In this document: positions 29,892 through 39,832 of the stretch, piece after piece | Numbering within the stretch: the first letter of the stretch is position 1 | Layout of the letters: each line of letters starts with the position of its first letter | Source: Minisyncoccota bacterium | GTDB lineage: Bacteria; Patescibacteriota; Minisyncoccia; Phycocordibacterales; Phycocordibacteraceae | Direction of reading: 5' to 3' | Assembly: GCA_041666305.1 (NCBI GenBank) | Contig: JBAYHD010000003.1 | Span: 30,266 to 94,265 of the forward strand | Length of the DNA stretch: 64,000 bases | Position numbers and translations under genes: made by a program | Notes under the pieces: model-generated | Database searches by the model: none | What the model was told of the DNA's origin: nothing | Seen by the model: the letters and a program-made list of their open reading frames with translations, nothing else

Positions 29892-31025
29892 ATGAAAAAG
29901 ACTTTTTGGTATGGTGCGGTCGCTGTGGCGCTCATTGCTCCACTAGCCACATTCGCGGCGGAGTTTCGCATGAGCGAACAGCCGGCCGTGCTTGCAAGCG
30001 AGAACGTCGCCGGCGACATATACCTTTTCGGTAGCAGTGCAACAAGCGCAGGACCTGTCTCGGGCGATGTTATCGCGGGTGGCGGCAACGTTGTCATCAG
30101 CGGCACTGTCGGTGCAGATGTGATGGCCGGCGGCGGTAATGTCACGATACTTTCCAATGTTGGTGACGACGTACGAGCCGGCGGCGGCAATGTCGTCATA
30201 CTGGGTAAGGTGGGCGGTGACGTCATCGTTGGGGGCGGTCAGGTAAACGTCGGCGGACCTGGTGTGGGCGGAGATGTGGTGGCGGGCGCAGGCACCGTCC
30301 GCATCGATGCTCCGGTTGCGGGCAATTTGAAGATTGGTGGCGGAAATATCTACATCAACGCACCGATCACAGGCACCGTCACCATCACAGATGCGGACAA
30401 AGTGACGCTCGGTCCCTCGGCGGTCATTTACGGAAATCTGTCCTACAAGGCGAGTAAGGAGCTCATCAAAGAGAATGGGGCGGATGTGCGCGGGGAAGTG
30501 AAGTACACGCCGCGCGCGGAAAGGAAGGCAGTGCCGGCGGCGCTCATTGCTGGACTCATCTCAGCATGGATCCTCGGCAAGTTCTTCGTTGTGCTTGTGA
30601 GCGCGCTCATCATCGGTCTCTTACTTCGCCGGTACAGCATGGAAGTCGTTACGCGAGCAACGGCGCGCCCGCTTGCTGAGCTTGGGCGCGGACTGCTCGC
30701 TCTTATTGCGCTTCCTATCGTGTCCATCATATTGCTGGTGACCATACTCGGCATACCGTTCGGAATCCTTGGCATCATCAGCTTCATCGCGCTTATGGTG
30801 CTCACGTGTGTCGTCGCGCCCATCATCGTTGGGAGCGTTGTGTGGAAATATTTCTCGAACGGGGACACGGAGATCACGTGGAAGACTATTCTGATCGGCG
30901 TGTTCGTCTTCCAGATCCTGGGATTCGTGCCGTTTGTCGGGTGGCTTGTGCAGGCGGTCGTCGGCCTCATCGCAGCCGGTGTCATAGTATCCATTAAGTG
31001 GGAAGTGATTCAGTCGTGGAAGTAG
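29892..31025 (+). CDS. beta-helix (bactofilin-like GG repeats) membrane protein
   Basis: Signal peptide; repeated GDVxAGGGNVxI; C-terminal multi-TM region. Confidence 0.8.
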   Translation: MKKTFWYGAVAVALIAPLATFAAEFRMSEQPAVLASENVAGDIYLFGSSATSAGPVSGDVIAGGGNVVISGTVGADVMAGGGNVTILSNVGDDVRAGGGNVVILGKVGGDVIVGGGQVNVGGPGVGGDVVAGAGTVRIDAPVAGNLKIGGGNIYINAPITGTVTITDADKVTLGPSAVIYGNLSYKASKELIKENGADVRGEVKYTPRAERKAVPAALIAGLISAWILGKFFVVLVSALIIGLLLRRYSMEVVTRATARPLAELGRGLLALIALPIVSIILLVTILGIPFGILGIISFIALMVLTCVVAPIIVGSVVWKYFSNGDTEITWKTILIGVFVFQILGFVPFVGWLVQAVVGLIAAGVIVSIKWEVIQSWK

Positions 31026-31086
31026 GGAGATACCATGTTGAAAAACGCCGCGGAGTACCGCGGCGTTTTTGGTGTAAAATAAAGGG

Positions 31087-31329
31087 ATGGAACAAGAAAT
31101 AAAAAATGAGAGTTGCGGAAATTGCGAAGGGAAGTGCGGGGGGAAATGGAAGAAAATGAAATGCGGCGGCGGCTCCACCGGAGCTGTGTACGGCATGGGT
31201 GTCATCGGCGCGGCGGTGTATTACATCCAAGGCGCGCCGACTTTCTGGGTCGGCGTTGTCGGTGTGCTTAAAGCCCTCTTCTGGCCCGCGTTCGTCGTCT
31301 ACAACCTCCTCGGCTTCCTGAAGATGTAG
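31087..31329 (+). CDS. small membrane protein
   Basis: YGMGVIGAAVYY...LKALFWP; TAAAAT 6 nt upstream. Confidence 0.75.
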   Translation: MEQEIKNESCGNCEGKCGGKWKKMKCGGGSTGAVYGMGVIGAAVYYIQGAPTFWVGVVGVLKALFWPAFVVYNLLGFLKM

Positions 31330-31350
31330 GATTCGTGGTAGCATTGGGGC

Positions 31351-31533
31351 ATGATTGTATGGATTAAATCGCTTTTCTCGCATATGACTAGCCCGGGGCA
31401 ATCGGGTGTCTTGGACGTGACAAAGACTCAGCTCCGTGAGCATCGCGATGTGATCGAGTCGCTCCGCGACTATGACAAAGGAGAAAAGGACATTCACACC
31501 GCTGACCTCGAGCGACGTCTGCGCAACATATAA
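31351..31533 (+). CDS. putative antitoxin of Doc toxin
   Basis: 60-aa ORF overlapping the doc start; LREHRDVIESLRDYD helix. Confidence 0.55.
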   Translation: MIVWIKSLFSHMTSPGQSGVLDVTKTQLREHRDVIESLRDYDKGEKDIHTADLERRLRNI

Positions 31534-31894
31534 CCTGCTCTACTCGCAGGGCCTCGTTGCTTTTCCCCTCACTCGCGAGGCCTCCAATAGGGTAGAGACG
31601 ATCGTTGCCAATATCGTTACCCCGCATTTTGGTCATGAGGAATATTCCTCAATTGAGGAGAAATCAGTCGCGTATCTTTATTTTCTTATCAACGACCACC
31701 CGTTCACTGACGGCAATAAGCGCACGGCGGTGCTCTGTTTCCTCACACTTTGTAAACTTAATGGACTAGAACCGCAGTTTGGGGACTTCACTCTCGATCA
31801 GCTTGCAGTGACACTTGAAAAGATTAATGCTGATTATCAGCACGTCATACGGCTGGTGGTTGAGCTCCTATTTAATAAGAATCAACCTCGCTAA
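31472..31894 (+). CDS. Fic/Doc family toxin
   Basis: HPFTDGNKRTA motif. Confidence 0.88.
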   Translation: MTKEKRTFTPLTSSDVCATYNLLYSQGLVAFPLTREASNRVETIVANIVTPHFGHEEYSSIEEKSVAYLYFLINDHPFTDGNKRTAVLCFLTLCKLNGLEPQFGDFTLDQLAVTLEKINADYQHVIRLVVELLFNKNQPR

Positions 31895-31929
31895 GAAACT
31901 TGCGGGCGGAGCGATGGGTTGAAAGGAGT

Positions 31930-32244
31930 ATGAGCAAAAATCCATTCGTAAATGCGCTCGTCGCGTCGGGGTATATCAGCCTTCTCGTGACGCTCATCTT
32001 CAACTCGCCCAAGCTCGTCACCGACAACGAGCTCGGGATGATGGCGCCCGTGCTCTTTCTCTCACTCTTCGTCTTCTCGGCGGCACTGATGGGCTTCATC
32101 TTTCTCTACCAGCCGCTCCAGCTCCTGGTGGAGGGCAAAAAAGAGGAGGCGACGAAGCTCTTCCTCACGACCCTCGCCTCGTTCGCCAGCATCACTTTCG
32201 CGATAGTTTCCGCGTGGTTTCTCCTTCGCACGGTGCTTTCGTAG
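31930..32244 (+). CDS. 3-TM membrane protein
   Basis: MSKNPF...FVFSAALMG; hydrophobic. Confidence 0.7.
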   Translation: MSKNPFVNALVASGYISLLVTLIFNSPKLVTDNELGMMAPVLFLSLFVFSAALMGFIFLYQPLQLLVEGKKEEATKLFLTTLASFASITFAIVSAWFLLRTVLS

Positions 32245-32272
32245 AGTGATATACTGCGCTCATTAGCAGACT

Positions 32273-32560
32273 ATGAATACGCATATGAAAAAAATACTTA
32301 TGGGTGTAGCAGCAACGGCACTGTTCGCGGCTTCAGCAGTTCCGGCACTTGCGGCGGGGAACATAGACGCGTACATGAATAATCCGGGCCGAATTCAGGC
32401 AACGGTAGTAGGCGCACAGTGCGGTTCGGGCGCGGGCTCGGGTGCCTTTGGCTACTTCGGCAAGGGCTACAATATGGGCATCAAGACGGACCCGGCTAAT
32501 CCGGGAGCGAACGGCTACCAGACCGGCATCAATAATAGCGGCGTGTGCGGCAATCGTTAG
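32273..32560 (+). CDS. small secreted Gly-rich protein
   Basis: Signal peptide (ALA); two Cys; terminator at 32580-32613. Confidence 0.65.
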   Translation: MNTHMKKILMGVAATALFAASAVPALAAGNIDAYMNNPGRIQATVVGAQCGSGAGSGAFGYFGKGYNMGIKTDPANPGANGYQTGINNSGVCGNR

Positions 32561-32627
32561 GATCGTTCGTGTGAAGCAGAAAAAGCGCCGCGGTAACCCG
32601 CGGCGCTTTTTTTGCTATACTTCCCCT

Positions 32628-33665
32628 ATGACACACATGCAGACGATCCGACCGTACTTCCTGATGGCCGCTATTCTCGGCGCAGGGGTACTCACCATCA
32701 CCGTCTTCTTCCCGTTCTTGAAACCCTTGGCGCTCGCTGCGGTCTTCGCGGTCGTGCTCCAAGGGCTCTACCAGAGAATCGTCAGGCTCCTCGGCGGTTG
32801 GCCGAGCACCTCGGCACTCCTGACCGTCTTGATAAGCGTCTTTTTCATATTGCTTCCGCTTTCTCTTATTGGGGTGCTCGTCGGGAACGAAGCGCGCGGC
32901 CTGTATGTCTCGCTTGAAACGGGCAGCGGACAGGGCATCATCGCACAAACATTTCTTCGAGTGGATGAAACCTTCGGGGGCGTTCCGGGGATCGGAGAGT
33001 TCACTCGCAATGCTTCGGTAGACATCAATACTTATACGAAAGAAGCGCTGCAGTGGATCACGAACCACGCGGGAGAGATATTCTCTAGCGTCTCCCAACT
33101 GCTTCTCGCGTTCTTCATCTTCTTCATTGCGCTCTATTACCTTCTGCGCGACGGCAAGCGGGTGCGCGAGATACTTATCGAGCTCTCGCCCTTGAGCGAT
33201 AGGGAAGACACGAGAGTTTTCGATCGGCTCGAGCTCGCCGTCAATTCGGTCATCAAGGGAAATCTTGTCATCGCGCTCGTGCAGGGCGTCCTCACGACCG
33301 TCGGCTTCACGATCTTCGGGGTACCAAACACCATCCTCTGGGGAATGGTTGCGGCGGTTGCGGCGCTTATCCCCGGTATCGGGACGGGGCTCGTCTTTAT
33401 TCCCGCCGTCGCATTTCTTTTTTTCACAGGAGCGACGTTCCCGGCGCTCGGTCTCCTCATCTGGGGCGCGCTCGGCGTCGGGCTCATCGACAATTTCCTC
33501 GGGCCCAAGCTTGTCGGGCGAGGGATGAATCTCCACCCGCTTCTGGTCCTCCTCGCGGTTCTTGGCGGGCTTATGTACTTCGGTCCGGCGGGCATCTTCC
33601 TCGGCCCACTGACATTGAGTCTCCTCTTCGCGCTGGTCTCCATCTACTCTGACGTTTCGGCTTGA
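32628..33665 (+). CDS. AI-2E family transporter
   Basis: IDNFLGP, LHPLLV..GG and GIFLGP motifs. Confidence 0.9.
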   Translation: MTHMQTIRPYFLMAAILGAGVLTITVFFPFLKPLALAAVFAVVLQGLYQRIVRLLGGWPSTSALLTVLISVFFILLPLSLIGVLVGNEARGLYVSLETGSGQGIIAQTFLRVDETFGGVPGIGEFTRNASVDINTYTKEALQWITNHAGEIFSSVSQLLLAFFIFFIALYYLLRDGKRVREILIELSPLSDREDTRVFDRLELAVNSVIKGNLVIALVQGVLTTVGFTIFGVPNTILWGMVAAVAALIPGIGTGLVFIPAVAFLFFTGATFPALGLLIWGALGVGLIDNFLGPKLVGRGMNLHPLLVLLAVLGGLMYFGPAGIFLGPLTLSLLFALVSIYSDVSA

Positions 33666-33693
33666 CGCGCGGGCAGAAGGGAATACAATATAA

Positions 33694-33822
33694 GTGTAGA
33701 TTTCGGCACCGAAATTTACACAGCTCTTTCGGGAAATTGATCTTTGATTAATTTCCCAGTCTTGGCGCGGTTTACGAATCCAGGCCTTTGGCTACCAGAC
33801 TTTAAAGAACCGCCAGTTCTTT
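33694..33822 (+). ncRNA. candidate small structured RNA
   Basis: TTGACG-16-TACAAT promoter, then three hairpins and no convincing ORF. Confidence 0.35.
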
Positions 33823-33935
33823 CCCCCAGACATATACGTCATCACTCCTCACCCATTTTCATCTCCTTCCTCCTCACCTCCGATGACCCCATGTCGCCCA
33901 AGCTTATGCTTGGGTTTTTTATTTCCACAATCAAC

Positions 33936-33969
33936 AACATTCTCACATTCTCAAGAATGTGAGAATGTT
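33936..33969. repeat. palindrome, left of wHTH gene
   Basis: AACATTCTCACATTCT-CA-AGAATGTGAGAATGTT. Confidence 0.9.
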
Positions 33970-33982
33970 TTAGAATAGAGGG

Positions 33983-34249
33983 ATGAAGACGGCGAAACAA
34001 TTGGAGCGGCACCTGAAGGGAATCGCGAATCATCGGCGGATAGAGATCCTTCGGCAGATAGATAAGTCAGATGGAATCACGCTGGAAGATATTGCGGATA
34101 ATTTGAAGTGCAACATCAAGACGATATCGGAGCACACGCGACGGCTGGTGCAAGCGGGACTTGTCAATAAAAAGTATGAAGGGCGAAGCGTCGCCCACTC
34201 GCTTTCACCCTATGGTCGGCGAATCGTGAAATTTATCGACACATTTTAG
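33983..34249 (+). CDS. ArsR-like winged-helix protein
   Basis: KGIANHRRIEIL, TISEHTRRLVQAGLV. Confidence 0.85.
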   Translation: MKTAKQLERHLKGIANHRRIEILRQIDKSDGITLEDIADNLKCNIKTISEHTRRLVQAGLVNKKYEGRSVAHSLSPYGRRIVKFIDTF

Positions 34250-34251
34250 TC

Positions 34252-34297
34252 AGCACGGACATTCTCACATTCTCAAGAATGTGAGAATGTCCGTGCT
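34252..34297. repeat. palindrome, right of wHTH gene
   Basis: Same core as 33936-33969, with 22-bp arms. Confidence 0.9.
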
Positions 34298-34341
34298 TGG
34301 GGTACGGGGTACTGGGTTGGACGGGGTGGTAGAATTGGGGG

Positions 34342-34737
34342 ATGGATTCTTATACTTCATATCAGGCGCTCATCAAGCCCACTTGGTCGCCGCCGGCATG
34401 GATATTTGGACCGGTGTGGACGGTGCTGTACGCCGTCATCGCGGTGACCTACGGGACCGTGTTTTACAAAGTGTTTACGGGAGCACTGCCGTGGAAAGTC
34501 GCTGTACCGTTTGCCCTCAATCTCGTCTTCAATTTCTCTTTCACCTATTTCCAATTCGGACTCAAGAACAATTACCTCGCCTCCGTAGACATCCTCCTCA
34601 TCCTCGGCACGCTTGTCTGGGCGCTCGTCGCGATTTATCCGCACCTGAAATGGGTCGCCCTCGCCAACGTCCCGTACCTTCTCTGGGTCGCCTTCGCGAC
34701 CGTTCTCCAACTCACCGTCACGTATCTGAATCGGTAG
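34342..34737 (+). CDS. tspO: TspO/MBR family protein
   Basis: LIKPTWSPPAWIFGPVWTVLY and PYLLWVAFA motifs. Confidence 0.9.
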   Translation: MDSYTSYQALIKPTWSPPAWIFGPVWTVLYAVIAVTYGTVFYKVFTGALPWKVAVPFALNLVFNFSFTYFQFGLKNNYLASVDILLILGTLVWALVAIYPHLKWVALANVPYLLWVAFATVLQLTVTYLNR

Positions 34738-34789
34738 AGAAAATCGGCAGGGCAAGGGTTTTAGGGTTATACTGGGTTAAAAGGAATCC

Positions 34790-36601
34790 ATGCCAACGAT
34801 TAAAGAAATTCCAAAAGTAGACAGACCTCGAGAACGATTCTTAAAAAAAGGGTCAGCGGCTCTCTCCAAAAGTGATCTTCTGGCTATTTTGCTCGGGAGT
34901 GGAATTAAGGGGAAAAATGTTCAAAAACTTTCTCAACAAATCATTCAAAAATTCGGAAAGAATTTTCTAAACATCTCGGTAGACAATCTGCTAGAAATTT
35001 CAGGAATTGGTGAGGCTAAAGCACTTCAAATCGTATCAGCAATTTCGCTGGTTAAGAGATATTACGACGATGAGAAGTCTGGTGAGATTATAATAAAAAA
35101 TTCGAAGGATGTTCTTTCGGTTACATATGATTTAAGGGATAAAAAGAAAGAACATCTTGTCTGCTTATATCTTAATGCTCGAAACAATCTACTGAAAAAG
35201 GAGATCGTTAGTGTAGGTCTGCTGGACAAAACGCTTTTACATCCGCGAGAGATATTTTATCCAGCAACAGAATTAAGTGCCGCAAGTATTATTTTAGTTC
35301 ACAACCATCCTTCTGGAGATTCTTCGCCAAGCCCGCGTGATGCACAGGTGGTCGAAAAAATAGCTCGGGCGGGAGAAATTATGGGAATTCCTGTAATTGA
35401 CTTCGTTATAGTTTCAGAAACAGGCCATTTCAGTTTTTATGAAACCCTAAAGGATAAAAATATAGGTTTTGATTACGTCGCCGATGGCGTTCAAGGAACG
35501 TTGTTTGATTTGTTAGAAATAGAGAGGCCATCTTATGAAATTGATGCGGAGAAGATTCAGGAGACATATTTCTACATTCCTCAAATTAAAGAAAATCATT
35601 TTCAATTACAAAATCGCAGATACATCGGAGGCAAACAGAAACTTATTGACTGGATATTCTCGATTATTCAAAAAGAGTGCGAGGGAGAATCTTTTACAGA
35701 TATTTTCGCGGGAACCGGTATTGTTTCAGCTGTCGCGTCAAAACACTTTAAAAAGCTGATCTTAAATGATTTTTTACACTCCAATCACGCTATTTATCAA
35801 GCTTTCTTTTCTGCAGGCAAGTGGAACCAAAGCAAAATAACTAACATAATTAAAGATTACAATAATCTAAATGGAGAAGACTTAACTGGCAATTATTTTT
35901 CAGAAAATTTTGGTGGAAAGTATTTCAGCAAAAATTCAGCAAAAATCATAGGATTCATAAGAGAAAATATCAATGAAAATAAAGAAAATTTAACAGAAAG
36001 AGAATACTACATTCTCCTTGCTTCCTTACTCTACTCTACGGACAAGATAGCGAATACTGTGGGGCACTACGATGCATATTTCAAAAAAGATTCTCTTGAA
36101 GATGCTTTTTTCATGCGTCCAATTGATCCGATTGAAGTACAAAATGTTGCGATTTTTAGAGAGGATGCAAATGTACTCGCACGAAAAATCAAGACGGATA
36201 TTGTATACATTGATCCACCCTATAATTCCCGACAATACAGCAGGTTCTATCATGTTCTAGAAACATTAGTGAAGTGGGATAAACCCACCCTGCATGGCGT
36301 CGCTCTTAAACCGGAACCAGAAAATATGAGCGACTATTGTAGAGTCAGCGCGAAAGAAAGATTAGCGGATTTGGTTAACAATATTAACGCAAAGTATTTT
36401 GTTGTTTCATATAACAATACCTATGATTCAAAAAGCAATTCCTCTCAAAATAAAATTACCCTTCAGGATATAAAAGATATTTTAGGCAAAAAAGGAAATA
36501 CAAAAGTATTTGAAAAGAACCATCAGCATTTCAATGCTGGCAATACGGATTTCAACAATCATAAAGAGTACCTGTTTGTAACCAAATCAAGTTATGTCTA
36601 A
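34790..36601 (+). CDS. RadC (JAB) fused to D12-class N6-adenine DNA methyltransferase
   Basis: RPRE, HhH and HNHPSG..PS..D; then RRYIGGK, DIFAGTG and IDPPY. Confidence 0.9.
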   Translation: MPTIKEIPKVDRPRERFLKKGSAALSKSDLLAILLGSGIKGKNVQKLSQQIIQKFGKNFLNISVDNLLEISGIGEAKALQIVSAISLVKRYYDDEKSGEIIIKNSKDVLSVTYDLRDKKKEHLVCLYLNARNNLLKKEIVSVGLLDKTLLHPREIFYPATELSAASIILVHNHPSGDSSPSPRDAQVVEKIARAGEIMGIPVIDFVIVSETGHFSFYETLKDKNIGFDYVADGVQGTLFDLLEIERPSYEIDAEKIQETYFYIPQIKENHFQLQNRRYIGGKQKLIDWIFSIIQKECEGESFTDIFAGTGIVSAVASKHFKKLILNDFLHSNHAIYQAFFSAGKWNQSKITNIIKDYNNLNGEDLTGNYFSENFGGKYFSKNSAKIIGFIRENINENKENLTEREYYILLASLLYSTDKIANTVGHYDAYFKKDSLEDAFFMRPIDPIEVQNVAIFREDANVLARKIKTDIVYIDPPYNSRQYSRFYHVLETLVKWDKPTLHGVALKPEPENMSDYCRVSAKERLADLVNNINAKYFVVSYNNTYDSKSNSSQNKITLQDIKDILGKKGNTKVFEKNHQHFNAGNTDFNNHKEYLFVTKSSYV

Positions 36602-37499
36602 AGAAATTAAAAGGTCGCCGCTGTTCTATGTGGGAGATAAATATAGGCTGATGAAACAATTAGCTCTTTATTTTCCCGTCGAGATCAATAATTTCTATGA
36701 ACCGTTTGTAGGTGGAGGAACAGTATTTATGAATATCAAGGCAAAAAAATACTTTCTAAATGATTTGGATAAGCACCTCATTAAAATACATAAATTTCTT
36801 GTTGATTCCTCTAAAAACTCGGCTAAATTCTTACGGGATGCAGAAAAAATAATGCATAAATATAAACTGTCGCGGTCGTTCAAAGAAGACATTGTGCCAA
36901 ATTCACTCAAAAAAGAGTGGAAGAAAACCTACTTTGCGCGGTTTAATAAAGACGGGTATGAGAAAATGAGAACAGGAGTAAATAACTTTAAAGATAATGA
37001 CCCGCTGATTTTATACTTGCTCCTTATCTACGGATTTAATCGAATGTTGCGATTTAATGGTGGCGGACGGTTCAATCTTCCTGTGGGAAATGTTGATTTC
37101 AATAAAAATGTCGTGCGTGCACTGGATACTTATTTTGCATTTGTTGACAACAGGAAAATCAAATTCACATCAAAAGATTTCAGGAAGTTCATTACTGAAA
37201 AAAAATATGCAAAGAATGACTTTGTGTATCTTGACCCCCCTTATCTTATCGCAGCAAGCGAATACAATAAGTTTTGGGACGAGAAATCGGAATCCGATCT
37301 ATTGAAGTTAGTTGATAAACTAGACAAGCAAGGCGTGAGGTTCGCTCTTTCTAATGTAACTCACTACAACGGCAAAAAAAATGACCTATTGATAAAATGG
37401 ATGAAAAGGTACAAAGTACATAAGGTAAAAAGCAATTACATCAGTTATCACAATAATAGTAAAAAGGAGATTAATGAGGTTTTGATTACGAATTATTAA
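36594..37499 (+). CDS. D12-class (Dam-like) N6-adenine DNA methyltransferase
   Basis: YVGDK, EPFVGGG, FNLPVG and LDPPY motifs. Confidence 0.92.
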   Translation: MSKEIKRSPLFYVGDKYRLMKQLALYFPVEINNFYEPFVGGGTVFMNIKAKKYFLNDLDKHLIKIHKFLVDSSKNSAKFLRDAEKIMHKYKLSRSFKEDIVPNSLKKEWKKTYFARFNKDGYEKMRTGVNNFKDNDPLILYLLLIYGFNRMLRFNGGGRFNLPVGNVDFNKNVVRALDTYFAFVDNRKIKFTSKDFRKFITEKKYAKNDFVYLDPPYLIAASEYNKFWDEKSESDLLKLVDKLDKQGVRFALSNVTHYNGKKNDLLIKWMKRYKVHKVKSNYISYHNNSKKEINEVLITNY

Positions 37500-37501
37500 T
37501 T

Positions 37502-39031
37502 ATGAATAGACGAGCATCAGAATATAAGCCACTACTGTTTACAACTACACTCAGAAACCCTGAGCGACTAAAGTGGTTTTTGAGGGTGTTAAAAGATTAC
37601 GATGGGAAAATTTTGACGAATGGATTAGCCGAAGAAATTGCAGGTGAACTCATAAAAAGCGGGTTATATAAACCAACAAGATTAAGTGATGCTGTAAAGA
37701 AGAAAATAGAGGAAAAGGAAATTCTTTCTGATAAAGAAGTGGCAAAAGTTTTGAAGGATAACCCCCAAAATCATAAAGAAGCGGGATTCAATAAAGGATG
37801 GCCTTCCCGTTTTGATACATGGTTCAAGATTGCAAAGGAGCTCGGGTTTGTTTTCTACAAAATGGGCGAAAAAATACAGTTTTCCGAAATAGGATCAAAA
37901 CTTGTAGATAACGAACACCCGGAATTTGAGCAACAAGCATTTTTAAATGCGTTCGTAAAATATCAAAGTAACAATCCATTCAGGCGCGTTTTAAATGAAA
38001 ATGTACCACTGATTCTTCTGCTTGAGGTGGTTCAGAAATTGAATGCTGACAAGGATTTTAATGACGCCGGAATATCAAAGTTAGAATTACCCCTTATCAT
38101 TTTTTGGAAAGATAATAATGCGGAAGAATTATACCAGCGTATTAAAAAGTTGCGTAAAGATTTCGGGTATTCGCCGACATGGGAAATTATTGCAGACATT
38201 TGCCGGGAAGAAATAATGGAAGGTAAAGACATTGTTCGAGATGATGAATCGATAATGGTCGATTACCCAGATGAGTTTATTCGGAAAATGCGTCTCACAG
38301 GTCTGATTTCTTTGCGAGGCGGCGGTCGTTTTGTCGATATCAATAAAAATGAACAAGCAAGGGTTGATTATGTTTTAAAGACGTACTCGACTTATTCAAA
38401 ATATGAATCCGAGGAAAAATACTTTGAGTATATTTCAAAGATTGATGCGAACCTCGTTTCTGTCGTAGCAAAGCCGATAACAGTCGCGGAACAGGACGAA
38501 TATCTGAAAAAATGGGTTGGGATTTATCCATGGGATACAATCCGTGCAGAGATGTTAAATCTCTCAAATAGACATCTGACAAAAGACGAGATTCTTAAGT
38601 ATCTTTCTAATCCTGTTCGCCTTGAATTTCTTGCGGCTTTGGCGGTGAAATCAAAATTTCCTGACATAAGAGTTATTCCAAATTATGCTGTTGACGATGA
38701 GGGGCTACCTACTTCAACGGCGGCAGGCGTTGGGAACACGGGCGACATAGAATGTTTTGAGGATGTGAATGGAATCTTGATTGAGGTGACTATGTCAGAA
38801 GGAAGAACTCAAACAATGATGGAAGTTTGGCCCATTGCTAGACATCTTCAAGAATTTGGCAAAAAGACAACAAGCTCCATGTGCTATTTTGTTGCGCCAA
38901 GTATTTATTCAGATTCTATAAAGCAAATTGAGTACGTGAACAGGGAGGATAATATTCTCATCGTCCCTAAGACGATAGAAAGATTTCTTGAACATTTAGA
39001 TGAGAGTTCGGTGCTTTATTATAAAATATAA
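37502..39031 (+). CDS. type IIS restriction endonuclease, AlwI-family-like
   Basis: FTTTLRNPER N-terminus; C-terminal GDIE..LIEVT nuclease motif; follows two MTases. Confidence 0.8.
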   Translation: MNRRASEYKPLLFTTTLRNPERLKWFLRVLKDYDGKILTNGLAEEIAGELIKSGLYKPTRLSDAVKKKIEEKEILSDKEVAKVLKDNPQNHKEAGFNKGWPSRFDTWFKIAKELGFVFYKMGEKIQFSEIGSKLVDNEHPEFEQQAFLNAFVKYQSNNPFRRVLNENVPLILLLEVVQKLNADKDFNDAGISKLELPLIIFWKDNNAEELYQRIKKLRKDFGYSPTWEIIADICREEIMEGKDIVRDDESIMVDYPDEFIRKMRLTGLISLRGGGRFVDINKNEQARVDYVLKTYSTYSKYESEEKYFEYISKIDANLVSVVAKPITVAEQDEYLKKWVGIYPWDTIRAEMLNLSNRHLTKDEILKYLSNPVRLEFLAALAVKSKFPDIRVIPNYAVDDEGLPTSTAAGVGNTGDIECFEDVNGILIEVTMSEGRTQTMMEVWPIARHLQEFGKKTTSSMCYFVAPSIYSDSIKQIEYVNREDNILIVPKTIERFLEHLDESSVLYYKI

Positions 39032-39032
39032 A

Positions 39033-39479
39033 ATGAAGGTTCTTTCTAAAAATAGAAATAAAGAAAATGGAGATATTGGGGAACAGGAAATCGTAGATTT
39101 GATTTCTTGTCCTAATTGCACTAAAAGACTTATGTTGTTACCACAAAGCTATCCTTTGTACGATGTTCAATGCATCGCTTGTTCCTTTCGTGCTCAAATT
39201 AAGACGAATCTATGCAAGCCGAAACCAATTATATTTGGTGCAGGATGGGAGATAATTGATAAAGTGTTAAAATCTGGATTTCTTGTGCCACCGTTATTAG
39301 TAAATTTTAAGTGGATAGAAAAAGAGAAAAATAGACAGGAAGTTAGATTTTATCCGTTTATTCCAAAAACGAATTTAAAGAAGCGTTTTACTACAATAAA
39401 GAAATCTGGACGTGAACTTTGGATGTTTAACTATGTTGGTTTAGATAAATTGCCGTATTTTGATCTATACATAAAATAA
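39033..39479 (+). CDS. DpnI/Dam-replacing-like nuclease domain protein
   Basis: GEQ..CPNC...DVQCIAC..QIK...IFGA, resembling the DpnI catalytic/Zn domain. Confidence 0.6.
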   Translation: MKVLSKNRNKENGDIGEQEIVDLISCPNCTKRLMLLPQSYPLYDVQCIACSFRAQIKTNLCKPKPIIFGAGWEIIDKVLKSGFLVPPLLVNFKWIEKEKNRQEVRFYPFIPKTNLKKRFTTIKKSGRELWMFNYVGLDKLPYFDLYIK

Positions 39480-39485
39480 ATCCAC

Positions 39486-39832
39486 TGAAATGCTGGCGGG
39501 AAAAGTTTAGTGGCTAGTCGCTCTTATGCTTCGTCTTGTCGACGAGCACAAAGACTTTCGCTTTACCTCCGTTAGGAGGAACACGATCGCCTTTGGACAG
39601 AGTAATCTCACGTTTCGTTCCCGAAACTAGATACTGCCCTGACTTAGGAGCAACGCCGCCTGTTTTGACTTTAGTCATAACGCGGTGCGTTAAATCTGGT
39701 AATTCCGAGGGCTCGAGCTACTCGCGACCCCCGAGCCAGGGCTCTAATCTAGAGCGCTGACCAGGGGGGAGGAGCTGAGTTGACCCCTTAGAATGCAGAA
39801 ATGGGCGTCTCGCCGATCCCGCCAGCATTTCA
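39486..39832 (-). ncRNA. unassigned ~350-nt structured RNA or element with 16-bp terminal helix
   Basis: TGAAATGCTGGCGGGA...TCCCGCCAGCATTTCA; many internal hairpins; TATAAT on the minus strand at 39849-39854. Confidence 0.55.

Noticed and set aside
30030-30370. Repeated GGCGGCGGCAAT motifs
   Set aside because: Coding repeats of the beta-helix protein, not a DNA element.
39486-39832. Calling this RNase P or SRP RNA
   Set aside because: The size fits RNase P, but I could not find the conserved CR-I/CR-V or SRP helix-8 motifs on either strand; left unassigned.
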